Source of the DNA: an uncultured Bacilli bacterium
GTDB lineage: Bacteria > Bacillota_I > Bacilli_A > RF39 > UBA660
Direction: 5' to 3'
Assembly: GCA_947632205.1 (NCBI GenBank)
Contig: CANROK010000003.1
Span: 1 to 47,829 of the forward strand
DNA: 47,829 nt
Of this stretch, positions 47,700 through 47,829 are shown one piece after another; position 1 is the first letter of the stretch, and each line of letters opens with the position of its first letter. Below the pieces are notes generated by a model that worked only from the letters and a program-made list of their open reading frames with translations, had not been told where the DNA came from and searched no databases. The translations under genes and the position numbers were made by a program.

Positions 47700-47829
47700 C
47701 TTATTTTGTCGAATATTTTAATGTTCATCAGTATCCAAATTAATTTTCTATTTAGATAGTGTAGAATAATTACGGGTGAGAGATTAAAATCAAACACCAT
47801 TAATTAGATTAACTACATAATAAATTAAA

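Noticed and set aside
1-47829. Mycoplasma-type code 4, tRNA/rRNA genes, prophage
   Set aside because: TGA ends intact genes (nth, sortase) and long ORFs read through under code 11. No cloverleaf, rRNA or phage structural genes were recognised.
47700-47829. Possible gene fragment at the window end
   Set aside because: No convincing reading frame or motif in the available bases.

Overview
A very AT-rich bacterial chromosome segment using genetic code 11. Gene content and order point to Bacillota (Bacilli-like); a small-genome, spore-forming gut lineage is my inference. Most genes lie on the minus strand. Housekeeping genes: rpoC (partial), rpoB, a YbxB/RsmC-like methylase, HU, nth, dnaD, cca, mutM, polA, a cysteine desulfurase, cinA, addAB and dusB. 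Sporulation genes: spoIVA, an uninterrupted pro-sigK, a collagen-like protein and a TPR glycosyltransferase. Accessory content: two Fic-domain genes, a class B sortase with an adjacent NPKTG substrate and a SipW-type signal-peptide protein, a MurL/MurD2-like pair, a papain-family protease, and a complete ISL3 element (29-bp IRs, 8-bp target duplication, extra ORF). Main findings: (1) a split class III ribonucleotide reductase whose glycyl-radical loop is encoded as a separate 58-aa protein with its own RBS; (2) a candidate type I toxin-antitoxin locus missed by the ORF track; (3) a sigma-region-4 / tandem alpha-CTD-like fusion protein; (4) rifampicin-resistance-type residues in RpoB; (5) a membrane-anchored XRE regulator next to a tandem operator; (6) two orphan structured RNA candidates. 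All calls come from reading the sequence and recalling family motifs; no searches were run.
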